A DNA stretch of 63,912 bases, the filler included, from Hyphochytrium catenoides (Eukaryota; Protista; Hyphochytriomycota), in the NCBI GenBank assembly GCA_900088475.1. It is 10 parts of 10 records of this genome, joined end to end, with 100 filler letters (N's around TTAATTAATTAA, not from the genome) between each part and the next. Parts side by side here need not be neighbours in the genome. Positions count along the whole stretch, not along the records: positions 1 to 7,425 come from FLMG01000328.1; positions 7,526 to 21,849 come from FLMG01001516.1; 8 more parts are not named here. One strand, 5' to 3'. Below are positions 1-11,979 of this stretch, one piece after another. Position numbers and translations under genes: made by a program. The notes beneath the pieces were generated by a model, which was not told the origin of the DNA, made no database searches, and saw only the letters and a program-made list of their open reading frames with translations. Position 1 is the stretch's first letter. The number at the start of each line of letters is the position of its first letter.

Positions 1-660
1 AGAGAGAGAGAGAGACAGGGAGAGAGAGACAGGGAGAGAGAGAGGAGGAGGGAGGAGAGAGAGAGTATGAGTCCTGCAGTCAACACTGCTACAGCTGTAG
101 AAAGTTGACACTTAGCCTTTCTCTCTCTCTCTCCCATGAGTGGCTTCATCACACAGAAGAAAGACAACCGCCGACGCCGAACGGAGGGAAAGTCGATTAG
201 CACTGAGAAGATCTCTAGGGTCCGGGAGAGAGACGGAGAAAGAGAGAAAGAGTGGAGACAGACAACGAGAGGAGGGGACGACACTGATCAGGAGGACTGC
301 TGATAGGAGAAAGAGAGAGAGAGAAAAGATAGATAGATAGATATAGAGAGAGAGAGACCCTTCATCTCAGCATAAGCTTTTAAAAGTGTCAAGCAGAAGA
401 GAAAAGGGATCCAAAACACTGAGAGAGACAGGGGCGCACAGAGGAAAAGCAATAGAAACGAGAACGAAACAGAGAGAGAGAGAGAGAGAGAAAGAGAGGG
501 AGAATGGACACGGATTACTACGAGGGAAAGTCTTCTGAGCGTTCCGAATGCGACTGCTTCTCTTGTCTCTGCTGCTGGAGCTGCTGCCGCTCNNNNNNNN
601 NNNNNNNNNNNNNNNNNNNNNNNNNNNNNNNNNNNNNNNNNNNNNNNNNNNNNNNNNNNN

Positions 661-698
<38 letters not shown>

Positions 699-1185
699 AA
701 GAGCGAAGACCCTTGTAAAAGGGAGAAGAGAGAGGGATTGAAAGAGAGCAAAGCTGTGGCGGCAAATGATCTCTTAGACACGAAGGAAGTGACACGAAAG
801 GTGCTCGGACCAGAAGATTGGAGACTCTCTCTCTATTTTCTCTCTCTCTCTCTCCATCCAGGAGACACATAGAGCACTTGATCTACCAAGATTTTTGGCG
901 ACAGTGGAAGCTTTATCACTCTCTCTCTGGGCTTTCGACTCATTGCCAGAGACAACGACAGGAATCCGGACTTAGGAGAGGAATAAAGAGAGCGAGAGAG
1001 AGAGGAGAGAAACAGAAGAAAGAGACAACCCCACTGCTTGATTTTGAGAAAGAACGCTGCTTTATTCCCTTCCCGGGCCAGAAAGAGAGGAGCAAACCAG
1101 AGGCGCGGCACCGCTTTTCTCTCTCTGATGGCGAGTGCTACTTTGAGCCACTTCTCTCTTTCTCTCTCTCTCTCTCGGTCCCTGT

Positions 1186-2057
1186 TTAGAGCTTGCTCTG
1201 GATCGTTCCTCCTTCCTTCTGCTTCTGTGCTTCCTCCCACTCCAGAAGCTCTCTCATCTCCAGAAGACTCTCTTCCAGGAAATGGCAGAAGGGACCGCTC
1301 CAGTTCAGGCGACGAGACGCAACGTTGAAGTGGCAGCTCTTCCTTTTGATGCTGTACGCCACGCCCAGCCCTGTAGGAGAAGGAGAGAGAGAGAGGATCC
1401 AGGTGGAGAGAGAAATGAGGGAACTTTCAGCTTGAGAAGACATAGCCAATAGACTATCCTCAAGAGAGAGGGAGAGAGAGAGAAAGAAAGAGAAGGAAGA
1501 CTAAAATAATCGGAAGTTCATAAGAGACAACCCGACAAATCTCTTTCGCTGCCCGCTGACAGAACGAAGACCACGTTCATAAGGAGAGAGAGAGAGAGAG
1601 ACACAGGAAGAGAAAGAGGAAGTACACTATAGCGCAGAGCAAAACCAGAGAGGGAAAATGGAGAGAAAAGAGAGAAAGCTGTGACACTCTTCTCACCATC
1701 AGGCACGACCTCTCCCCATCCCCAGCCGTCAAAGAGCTCGTGAGTAAGATGAGAAGTGCTGATGTTCCACCAGCGGGTAGAGTTGTAGGCAGGATCGTCA
1801 AAGAGAGAGCCTCTCTCTCCCTCCTTCAAAGAGTAGCGGAGGCCCTAGCCAATGGTAACCATATAAACGAGGAAAACCGAGAAATAGAGGGAAAGAAAGA
1901 GAGAAAGAAACGTTATTAAAAAGGCATCTCTATAACTCGTATCAGAACACTATCTCTGTTCTTTTCTGTCACCGCTTTATCTTTCTGTCTCGCCTTGGCT
2001 ACCTATTCCGTCGTTCTCCCTCTTTCTCTCTTTCTCTCTCCCTCTCTCTCTTTCTCT

Positions 2058-2103
<46 letters not shown>

Positions 2104-5100
2104 GCCTGTCTCCCCCCGCGTCCGCTTACCATCAGATGTCGGTCTACGCCCTTAGACTGTGCCGCTCTCTTCATGTATGCGACGTGAGCGCTTACTGCCT
2201 GACGAAGAAGCTTCGCCTTCTCCAGAGAAGGAGCACCGGGCTATAGAGTTGAAAGAAGTAGACAAGAGACGTGAGAAGAGAGAGAGAGGCGGAGAGGTTG
2301 TGTTACAGACCATATAGTGACAACGAGACCAATCTGACAAGAGAGAGAGAGAGAGAAAAAAGAGCAGGAGAGACAGAATGGAAGAGCGATAGGAAAAACG
2401 ATAAGTCTATGTTTGTGAAAGAGAGAGAGAAATGACGCTGATGCCTCGGAGGTATGACATGGAAGAGAAAAATAAAATGGGATGGGGAGGGGACAGCCCA
2501 GTACGAGAGAGCAAACAGACAAAGAGAGAGAGACAGACAGACAGACAGAGAGAGAAAGAGGCTCCACCTTGTTCTCGACCATAGTCTTGGCGAAGGTGAC
2601 GGCCTCGGGAGTTGCGCTGCGAGTGCACTCAGTGCGACCGTGAAGGTAGGGTCTCACCTGTCAGCAGAGTTGAGAGGCGTCAGTACGCGAAGGATCGCCT
2701 CCCTTTTCTCCCTCTCCCTTTTTCCTCAATGTGTCTCTTCATATCTCTTCTTTCACCTTCCCTATTCCCTTGTCAGTGGTCCTCTCTCCTCTCTCTCTCT
2801 CTCCCTGTTACTGCCTTTTCTCTCACTCTTACAGCCTTTCTCTCTCTCTCTCTCTCTTCTCTAATGTCTCTCTCTCTCCTTGGCCCCCTACTCACTTTGC
2901 TCGTCCTTTTTTCCCTATTCCCATGACTTCTGTCTATCTTAGTTCTGTCTCTCTCAGCTCTCCGTTTCCAGCTCTTGCTCTCTCTCTGTCTTTCTCTTTC
3001 TCTCTCTTTGTTCTCTTTTGCTCTACCTGTGTGGCCTCATAGGTTGCCCTGCTGGTGTTGAACATCTTCCTATAGGCGAGCTGGATGGCGAGCTGCACGA
3101 ACGCATCAGGAGAGCATTTCATCTTCTTGATCTCAGTGGCGCCGTACGCTTGGAAGGATAAAGTGCGCATTTCGTGCGCGTCAATGAGCGCATCGAAGTT
3201 GCGTTCGGCCTGCTCTATTGCTTTGACCGTAGAAGTACTCACTTTGAAGCGCACTTGTTCTAGCAATGAGGGAGTACGCACAGTACCACGTGAAACAAGG
3301 AGAAAGGGAGAGACAGCAAGCGAGGAGGAGGAAGAGGAAAAAAGAAAGAGAGAGACAGAGAGGGAGAGAGAAAGAGGGAGAGAGAGAGGGAGAGAGAAAG
3401 AGAGAGAGAGAGGGGGAGAGAGAGAGAGAGAGAGAGGAAGAGAGAGAGAGAAAGAGAGGAGAAAGAGAGAGAAAGAGAGAGGAGAGAGAGAGAGTGAGAG
3501 TGAGAGAGAGAGAGGATCGTTATTGAAGGTGGACGGAGGCGAGAGAAAGATACTATAGAATGAAGCAGAAGGTGATGTATGCCCAGTCACTGGCGAGAAG
3601 GTAGTTACTATGATGAGACTTCTACGTCGAGTGAGGAAAAGGCAAAGTGAGACACAAATCAACAGAGAGAACGCACGCGCTTGCGAGAGAGAGAGAGAGA
3701 AAGAGAGAAAGGGAGAGCGAGAGCGCGAGGAGAAAGAGAGAGGAATCTATGGCCCCTGAGTGACATACTTGGCTTTGGTAGTCCGCTCTTCCCGACTCCT
3801 GCCTGCAGGTCGAGCGTCCCATTGTGCAGGTTCTGGACAAGGAAGTCGGCGTAGACCAGCACTGGCATCCCATCCATCATAGAGTGCTCCCCTAGCATGC
3901 CCGCCTGATAAGAAGAGGGAGAGAGGGCGGGAAAGAAATCAGAGGAGGAAAAGAGAAGAGATGATACGGATCTGTGTATAAACGAAATCAGAGAGAGAAA
4001 GAACTGGCCGAAGAGGAGAGAGAGTAAGGGGAAGATAGAGGCCGCAGCCGCTAAGAGTTCTCCACTCCTTCTATAGCGATGTGTACATTACGCTTCCCAT
4101 CAGGGACACCTCTCCCTCCCCCTTCTTGCCACGTGTCTCTCTTGCTCTGACTCATGCCTATCTCTTTACTCTATGCCTCTCTCTCTCTCTTCCTCTCTCT
4201 CCCTCTTGCGGCCACGCCGTCAGTATTCCCTCTCTCTTTCCCGCAGCCTCACCTTTCCGTTTTCAAATACGACGAGCTCAATGGACTTATCATAGAAACG
4301 ATTGCGGCCGTCTCCATGCCAGAGCCCACGTCCCACGTCATCGCGGGACTGAGGCGAGGAAGAGTCAAGACAGAGACAGACAATAGCGCTTTCGATCTGC
4401 TCCAGCGCAGCCTCATTGCCGTCCTTCAGCAGCTGAATACTAGGGAGGGACGAAAGGAAAGAGGCAGGAGAGAGAGAGAGAGAGAGTGTGTGAGAGCCCT
4501 GAGAGTCTAGGTGCCTTACGACGACAAAGGAGAGGAAGAAAGGGCATTACAAGTGGAAGAGGAGAGACTACGGCAACCTCTGCATGTGGAAGGGCGCCAG
4601 GCGTCTCTGTCAAGAAATCATCTATGAGAGAAGGGAGGCCAAAGAGAGAGACCGCAAGCATTGATCTCTCTTGTTCCTTACCGTGCGTCGGCCCAGAAAT
4701 CGCGATCCTGAGAGGTCAGCACGCCGATGGGGCTTTCTTTTGGCCCAGCGTTATCAAGGATGAACTGCAGCTGGCTGTGCGGTACATAGGGAGAGAAGGA
4801 GAGATTGAGAGAGAGAAAAGGGCAACGCTCTCGTATACTAAAGAAGAGAGAGAAGGCACTATATGCAGGTAGGAAGAGTAGGAAGAGAGAGGCAATGAGT
4901 ACGCGAGTCCCTCCCCAGCCAGACAGAGAGACAGTGGAGACTAGCAAAGAGAGAGAAGACGAAGAGGGAAGGACATTAGAGGATTGACGGAGAAAGACAG
5001 AGAGAGAGAACGAAGGAAAGGGTTTGGCACAACAGACCTTTGGATAGCATCCATAGAGAGAGGCTGTCCGTCTTTGACAATATCAAAAGTGAAAAACTTG

Positions 5101-5527
5101 TTATGTCTCATCACTACCACCTGCGGTACCCGAGTGGTCAGAGAGAAACCGAGAAGAAGGAAGAAAGAAAAAAAAGAGAGAGAGAGACTTAGACACGAAG
5201 GCAGAGAGACTCTGCCACCGAGAGAAAAAAAGAGAGACAGAGAGAGATAAAGAGCGAAAGAGAGAGACTCAGACAGAGAGAGAGTAGACAGTCAGGAACA
5301 CAAGGGGTTCAGGGTTGGGAAGAAGAGAAGGCAAGGGAGAGAAAAGGGAAGAGGACAATCTTACGTGCTTATACAGCGCTGGGTCATAGATCCTGTACGA
5401 GTCCTGGCCGCGTCGGGGCACTCTGCAGGCGTTGAACATATATTTGTAGGCAGTCGAACACAGCGGAACCTTCCCGCCTAGCACCTCCGGCGGCTGCTGA
5501 CCGCTGTACACAGGCAGAGTAAATGAA

Positions 5528-5558
<31 letters not shown>

Positions 5559-6105
5559 CTCAGAAAGAGAGGCAAAGAGCAGATACCGATGCATGGAAAG
5601 AGAGAAGAAAAAGAAAGAGCCAGACTATCACTAAGAGAGGTTACCAGGAAAGCAAATATCAGGGAGAGAGAGAGATGAGATTAAAGAGAAAAGGGACGCA
5701 GAGAGAGGGCTTAGAGAGAGGGACAAGCCAAGGAGAGAGAGGGAGAAGATTAGAAGAGATAAGAGGAGAGAGCATACGTGGCAATGATGAGGAGACACCT
5801 GTTACCTGACAATTCTCTCCCAGATTGTCGCTGTTGCCCGAAGTAGAGCTGCGGCTCTCCCTGNNNNNNNNNNNNNNNNNNNNNNNNNNNNNNNNNNNNN
5901 NNNNNNNNNNNNNNNNNNGAGAGGGAGTGAGAGAGAGGGAGTGAGAGAGAGCAGAGAAAGGGAAAGACGGGGCAAAGGAAGTGACAGCACATGACAGTAT
6001 TGATATTGGAGAGAGACACAAAGCAATTTAGAAGAGTTGAGATATGCGAAAGGGCATACGGTTCATCTTTCCTTTTCTCTCCCGTTTCTCTCCTCCGTCA
6101 CTCTC

Positions 6106-6144
<39 letters not shown>

Positions 6145-6611
6145 TATACACCCTTGTTCCCTGTCTCTTTGTCTTCCACTTTCAAGGTCCCTCTCTTTCG
6201 CGTCCTCTTCACAACGTCTCTTTTGCATTCTCTCTTCTTTCTACCTTCCAGATAGCAGGTCTTGTTCCACCATTCCTGCAGCCAGGAGGAGTCATGATAC
6301 TCCTTCGCTCTCTCTAGAAGACGAGCGTGCAGAGTCTCTCCCATTCCTCCCTTCTTCGTAAACTCCTGCAGGTCAAAGGCACAGAGAGAGAGAGAGAGAA
6401 AGAAGAGAGAGAGAGACAGAGAGAGTGAAAGACATCAGATGATTTCCCCGATGGCAAGAGGGAGGAAATTGAGAGAAAACGGGACAAAGAGAGAGAAAAA
6501 GGAAGCGAGAGAAAGAAGAGAGACAACAAGAGAGAAGGAGATTATAGTAGGAGCCCGAAAGTAAGAGGAAGGAAGCAGAGGGAAAGGGCGAAAAGGAGTA
6601 TCAAGAAAAGG

Positions 6612-6655
<44 letters not shown>

Positions 6656-7077
6656 CTGCGAAGGAGCAAGAGCAGCGACTGTCGAGAGAGAGAGAGAAAG
6701 CACTCACCGCGACTGCTTTCTTGGTCTTCTCGAACTCCTCAGGCGTCACAAGGCCCTGCACCGTCTTGAGATAGAGAGGCGCTGTCTCCTCCAGGGGAGG
6801 GATAGGCAGACGAGGGAGAGACTTCTGGTGCCTAGTGGAAGGGAACAAGGAAAGAGAGAGACAGACAATGTGAGAGAGAGATCCATCCAGATCCAGATCC
6901 AGAGAGTGAGAGAGAGAGAGAGAGAGTGAAAATGTCAATCCGCGAGATAAAAATCAACAAAGAGGGAGAGAGAGCTGCTCACTTATAAAGAGGCAGAGAA
7001 GGGTCCTCCATGTCCATCTCTGCGCGATAGTCCCCAAAGGACTCGCGGAACTTCTGGCCCTTCCAGACTTTCGACAT
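1186..7077 (-). CDS. Carnitine O-acetyltransferase (choline/carnitine acyltransferase family), multi-exon, with C-terminal PTS1 (SKL)
   Basis: About 14 visible GT-AG exons give MSKVWKGQKFRESFGDY... / HQKSLPRLPIPPLEET / SSWLQEWWNKTCYLE / PLCSTAYKYMFNACRVP / IGVLTSQDRDFWADAR / LWHGDGRNRFYDKSIELVVFENGK / GMLGEHSMMDG (catalytic His) / CSPDAFVQLAIQLAY...TYEATQ / YLHGRTECTRS / GVDRHL / ISTSHL...GWGEVVPDGLGVAYSI...TIQSKL*. At least one exon is probably lost in the N gap at 5864-5918. Confidence 0.95.
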
Positions 7078-7425
7078 TTTCTCCCAAGACCTAGGCAGCC
7101 TTTCCCTGTCCGTGTCGTGTCTCTCCTGCGAGAGAGAGAATATGAGCAAAGTGACAGTGGTACGAGGGATAAACGACGACAATAGAGCCTGAGCGATAGC
7201 GATGGAGAGAGAGAGAGAGACAGAGCGACAGAGAGAGAGAGATATCAAGGAAGACATTCGCTGAATAGTTAGTTACCTTAGTGGGTCTCGCTTGTGAAGC
7301 TAATCAAATGAAGATTTTTATTGAAGCTCCAGCTCCACCTGCCGCGGCCTGTCCGTTGTAGAACTAGGTCCTGCTTTTCTCCTCTTGCCCGATGCTCACT
7401 ACAAAACTCTCTCTCTCTCTCTCTC

Positions 7426-7526
7426 NNNNNNNNNNNNNNNNNNNNNNNNNNNNNNNNNNNNNNNNNNNNTTAATTAATTAANNNNNNNNNNNNNNNNNNN
7501 NNNNNNNNNNNNNNNNNNNNNNNNNG
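7426..7526. other. Artificial contig spacer N-TTAATTAATTAA-N (first of nine)
   Basis: The identical all-frame-stop 12-mer flanked by N runs recurs at about 7470, 21894, 27719, 47237, 49497, 51087, 52832, 55367 and 59855. Confidence 0.97.
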
Positions 7527-7820
7527 AGAGAGAACAGAGGGGAAAAGAGAGTCGGAGAAAGAAGAAGAGAGAGCATCCAGAGACAAGAGAAGGACTTGAG
7601 AAAGAGAGGCGGTTGAGCGAGAGAGAGAATTGAGAAAGAGGTAAAATGAGAGGCATGGAACAATTCTGACGCGGAGTATGAAAGAAGAAAAGAGGAGCCA
7701 AAATGATGCAAAAAACGAGAGAGAGAGAGAGAGAGTTTTAAGATTCAGAGAGCATAGAGTACGGATGAAGATGAGGGGAAAGAGAAAGAGCTCGAGAAGT
7801 AGTGAAGAGGAGAAAAAACA

Positions 7821-7863
<43 letters not shown>

Positions 7864-7905
7864 CAGAGAGAGAGAGAAAGGGAGAGAGAGAGAGATGTAG
7901 CACAC

Positions 7906-8015
7906 CTGTGCACCAATTGGGATGGCACTGGTAAGTGTGGCGGCTGACGAGGTCTTCGTAGTATGACTGCAAGACAGAGAACTGAAGGAGAGAGAGAAAG
8001 GAATAGATAGGGAAA

Positions 8016-8047
<32 letters not shown>

Positions 8048-9737
8048 GTAACGAGAAAAGGAACCAGAGAGGGAACGACAGAGAGAGAAAGAAGCGAGGT
8101 CAGAGAGAGAGAAAGGGAGAAAGAGAGAACGAAAGAGCGAACGAGATGGGGAGAGAGAGAACAAAAGAGCGAGAGAGAGGAGGACGGAGGGAGGTCCGCC
8201 AGGAAAGAGAAAGAGAGACAAGAAAAAAGAGGGAGAGAGAAAGAGAAAGAAAGTGGAGAACAGTTGTAGAAAGAAGAGGGAGAGGAAGAAGAGAAGCGGA
8301 GAGAAATACTAATAATACCAGGGCAAAAGGAGACAAGACTGTGAAGAGAGAGAAAGCCAGACTGAGGAGACGGAGCCAGAGTCAGAACAGGGAAGGACAA
8401 GACAGAGGCGAAATCAAGAAGTGAGCGAAAGGTTGGAGGAGAGAAGAGAGACAATGAGAGAGAGTGAGAGAGAGAGAGAGAGAGAAAAATGCAAAGCACC
8501 AAGAGAGGGAGACACGAGAATAGAAGAGAGGACATATAAGGTCTAAGGGAGAGAGAATGGACAGAGAAAGAGAAAGAGAGAGAGAATTGTGGTCTACATT
8601 GTTCGCTTTGATCCACTTCGGTGCCTGTTCCTTCGAGATTTCTTCTTCCATTCCCTGGCGATCCAGCCAGAAATCTACGGCCGGCAGCACCACATCGGAG
8701 CCCATACATTGGACCTGGGCAAGAGAGAGAAAAGAGAGAAAGAGAGAGAGAGAGGAGAGATAAAAGAGAGGAAATCTCAGGAAGATGGGGACTATTACGG
8801 TAGGTCATCGTAGAAGGAAAGGATATACGGAGAGGAAAGCAAGTAGCTAAAAGGGAAGAGAGAGAGAGAGAGAGAGAACAAAGATCTATGGAAAAAATAA
8901 GAGAAGAGAACGACAGAGGAGACAAAGAGGAATCAGAGGGGGAAAAGAGAGAGAGGCGACAATGGTGGCATGAGAGAGAAGGGAGAGAAGTCGCTGACCG
9001 CACCTTCTTTGAAAGCAGGTTATCGACGCACACAATGCAGTAACGCCCGTCCACGCCAAAAGTGTCTGCAAAAAGAGACGCATTCAGACGCGGAAAGTAC
9101 TAGAAAGCCTAACAGACGCAAGATGATGGATTTCTGAAGGTTTTCGTAGCAGAAGAATACTGCGGTTCTTTAATGTTGCTTGAAAGATCAAGGAACCCGA
9201 CAACGGCAGGCAGGGAGAGTGGAAGAGAGAGAAAGCAAAGAAGAGAGAGAACGGGGACAGGACGAAAGACGAGAGAGACAGAGAAGGTGGACAGGGTGAT
9301 CGCAAAAGTAAAAGCTAAAATCACACTTTGTATAGCCAGGGCACTGTTGTCTCCCATTTTCGCTATTCTCTCTCTCTCTCTTCTCTTCTTATTCTTTGAA
9401 TCTCTGCACTCACATTTGGGACACGGCTCGCAGGAGGACTCTCCCCCTTCCTCGTCTCTATTTTTGGGCCTCTCTCCTCTCTTGCATTCCGGTCTAAACC
9501 GGGAAGCAGATCGATTAGCGTCCAGGTGATCCAAGAACAGAAAGAGAGATGCAGTCATTACGGGAGAAAGAGAGGAACAGGACAGAGAGAGAGAGAGAGA
9601 GAGGAGGAGAGAGGAGGAAACGGACTCATACTACAGAAAGCGTGCGTAAAAGACGAAAGTCGGAAGTACATGAGGAGCCACATAGCACCTAGAGAAAAAG
9701 AGAGAGTACAGAGAGCGAAAGACACACAAGCAGAAAC

Positions 9738-9780
<43 letters not shown>

Positions 9781-11943
9781 AAGCGGGAGAAAGGGACTCA
9801 AACCTCTTGCACTGAAACTCGTTGTATCCGGTGCTATAATAGTCCTGACCACAGGTAAACGTAGAAGACTTGCAGCTGTAACTGCAACAGTCACCACCAT
9901 CCCACTTCCAGAAAGAGAGAGGGAGGAGAGGGGAAAAGACAGAAGGGAGAGAGAGAGAGAGAGTGAAAGTGAGGGCGAGGCCGAGAGTGAGACAGATGAA
10001 AGCGAGAGCGAACGATAGACAGGGAAAGAGTTAAAAAAAGATACAGAAATACACAGAGAGATATGCATATAAGTAGAAGCGGGGCGCATGAGAGAAAGAG
10101 AGAGACAGCCCCAGAGAGAGAGAAAGAGAGAAAGTCTCCAAGTTCGCTCTCCATGACGACAGGTAATCTTCTCATCATACCTCTAGGCTCCAGCACTTTT
10201 ACAATCTCACCCCTTCTTCGCTTACTCTCTATTTTTCTCTCTCTTCTTCACCTTCTGTTTTTTTCTTTCTCTCTCTCTCTCTCTCTCTCTCCCCATATTC
10301 ATGTCCCTTCCTCACGTTGTGCTAGCTCACCTGACACTCCTGCCTGTTGTTCTCTTCGTCACACCAGCCGTCTCCTTTCCAGTCCTCACGACAGGGAAGA
10401 GAAGAGAGAGAGAGAGAAACAGACGAAAATGTGGAAGAGGTAGAGAGCGACGAAGAAGAGGGTGCAAGAGATATGTTTGAGGACGTGGAGCACGTTCTTT
10501 CATACTGGCAACTCAGTTCTTCCAACGAGTCAGAGGGATACATAAAGGCGGGACCGGTGAAGATCGCGTCGTCTAAGAGTCTCTCTCCCGTCATTGTGTA
10601 CAAGTGAGCCAAGATGACGGCGCCATAAGCCTTCAATAGAAGACAGACAGAGAGAGAGAGAGCTTATGTGAGAGAGGCGAGAGAAAGGAGAGAGAGAAAT
10701 AGACAGACATAGAGAGGAGAAGAGAAAGAGGAGAGCAAGAAACAATGAAGAGAAAGAGAGAAAAAAAGAGAGAGCGAAAAAGAGAGAGAGCGAGAGAAGA
10801 AGGAGAGAGAAAGAAGAAAGAGAGAGAAAGAGTGAGAAGGAGAAAGAAGAGAGAGTGAGATGGAAAAGGCAGAGCAAGAGAGAGAGAAGAGAAGAGGAGA
10901 TAAAAAAGAGATAGCGGGCATAGAGACAAGTTTAATCAAGGAGAGAGAGAGGGAGAGAGGGAGAGAGAGAGAAAGGACCGAAAGGAAGGACACAAGGGAG
11001 AGCTAACACCGAGAGAGGTGCAGAAAGAACACGAGACAAAACAGGGCGCAATAGAAAGAGAGTGAGGAGGAGAGGGAGAAGAGAAAGTAAAAACGAGGGA
11101 AGCGAGAAAGGGAGGGAGGGAGCAGAAGAAAGGAAAGAGAGAGAGAGAGAAAGAAAGAAAGCGAGAGAAACAGGGAGAGAAATACAGAGAGAGAGAAAGA
11201 AGAAAGGCACCTGCAGTCCTTGTTGTTGGTCCAGAGAGAAAGCCAGCTGGNNNNNNNNNNNNNNNNNNNNNNNNNNNNNNNNNNNNNNNNNNNNNNNNNN
11301 NNNNNNNNNNNNNNNNNNNNNNNNNNNNNNNNNNNNNNNNNNNNNNNNNNNNNNNNNNNNNNNNNNNNNNNNNNNNNNNGAGAGAGAGAGAGGGGGAGAG
11401 GTGATGAGGGCGACATGCGACAACAAAAAAAGAGGAAGCAGGAAGAAGAAAAGGACAAATAAGAGGTGATCACAATAAGAGAGACAGAGTGGTACGAAGT
11501 CATTATCATAAGAGAGAGAGAGAGATGTTGGATAGGGAAGGAGAGACAACCAGAAGAGAAAGGAGAGAGAGAAAGAAAGATAGGAGAGAAGGGAGATACA
11601 CGCAACACATAGATGATCTGGAGAGTAAAATGTAGGGACTCACGAGGAAAAGAAATGCACAAACAAGAAAATAGAAAAGGAAAAGAAGGAGACCAACAAG
11701 AGAGGAAGAGAGAGTATGTAGACAAAGGAGATAGAGAAGAAGCGCTGACAGGATTATATATGAACGAGAGAAAAGAAGGAGAGAGACAAAGAAAAGAATT
11801 AAAAAAAAAAGCACTGGGAGTTACCCATGGAGAGAGAGAGGAGAGAGCGAGAAAAGTAGAAAGGGAGGCGCTGAGAGATCTTCCATGGAGAGAGAGGCAG
11901 GAGAACGAGAGAGTGAAGAGAGCGAGAGAGAAAAAGAGAGAGG

Positions 11944-11979
<36 letters not shown>

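Noticed and set aside
7078-7400. N-terminal mitochondrial extension of the carnitine acetyltransferase
   Set aside because: The likely upstream exon has an in-frame TGA and no suitable ATG. It cannot be fully excluded because the contig ends at 7425.
7470-7481. Regularly recurring TTAATTAATTAA motif (could be mistaken for a biological repeat, piggyBac site or CRISPR-like array)
   Set aside because: It is always embedded in N runs of near-constant length and is an artificial all-frame-stop contig linker.
9095-9115. Two in-frame TAG codons suggesting stop-codon reassignment or readthrough
   Set aside because: They fall inside the predicted intron, and other genes here appear to end at TAG normally (e.g. 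24248, 44051).
9109-9413. Hydrophobic stretch (SVILAFTFAITLSTF...LSLLCFLSLPL) that looked like TM1-TM2 of a class C GPCR after the binding domains
   Set aside because: A consensus GTGAGT donor at 9413 and a TTTTTGCAG acceptor at 9066 remove it in phase, restoring the Cys motif CEPCPKYTFGVDGRYC. The read-through frame hits two TAG stops, so it is most likely intronic. No 7TM domain is claimed.
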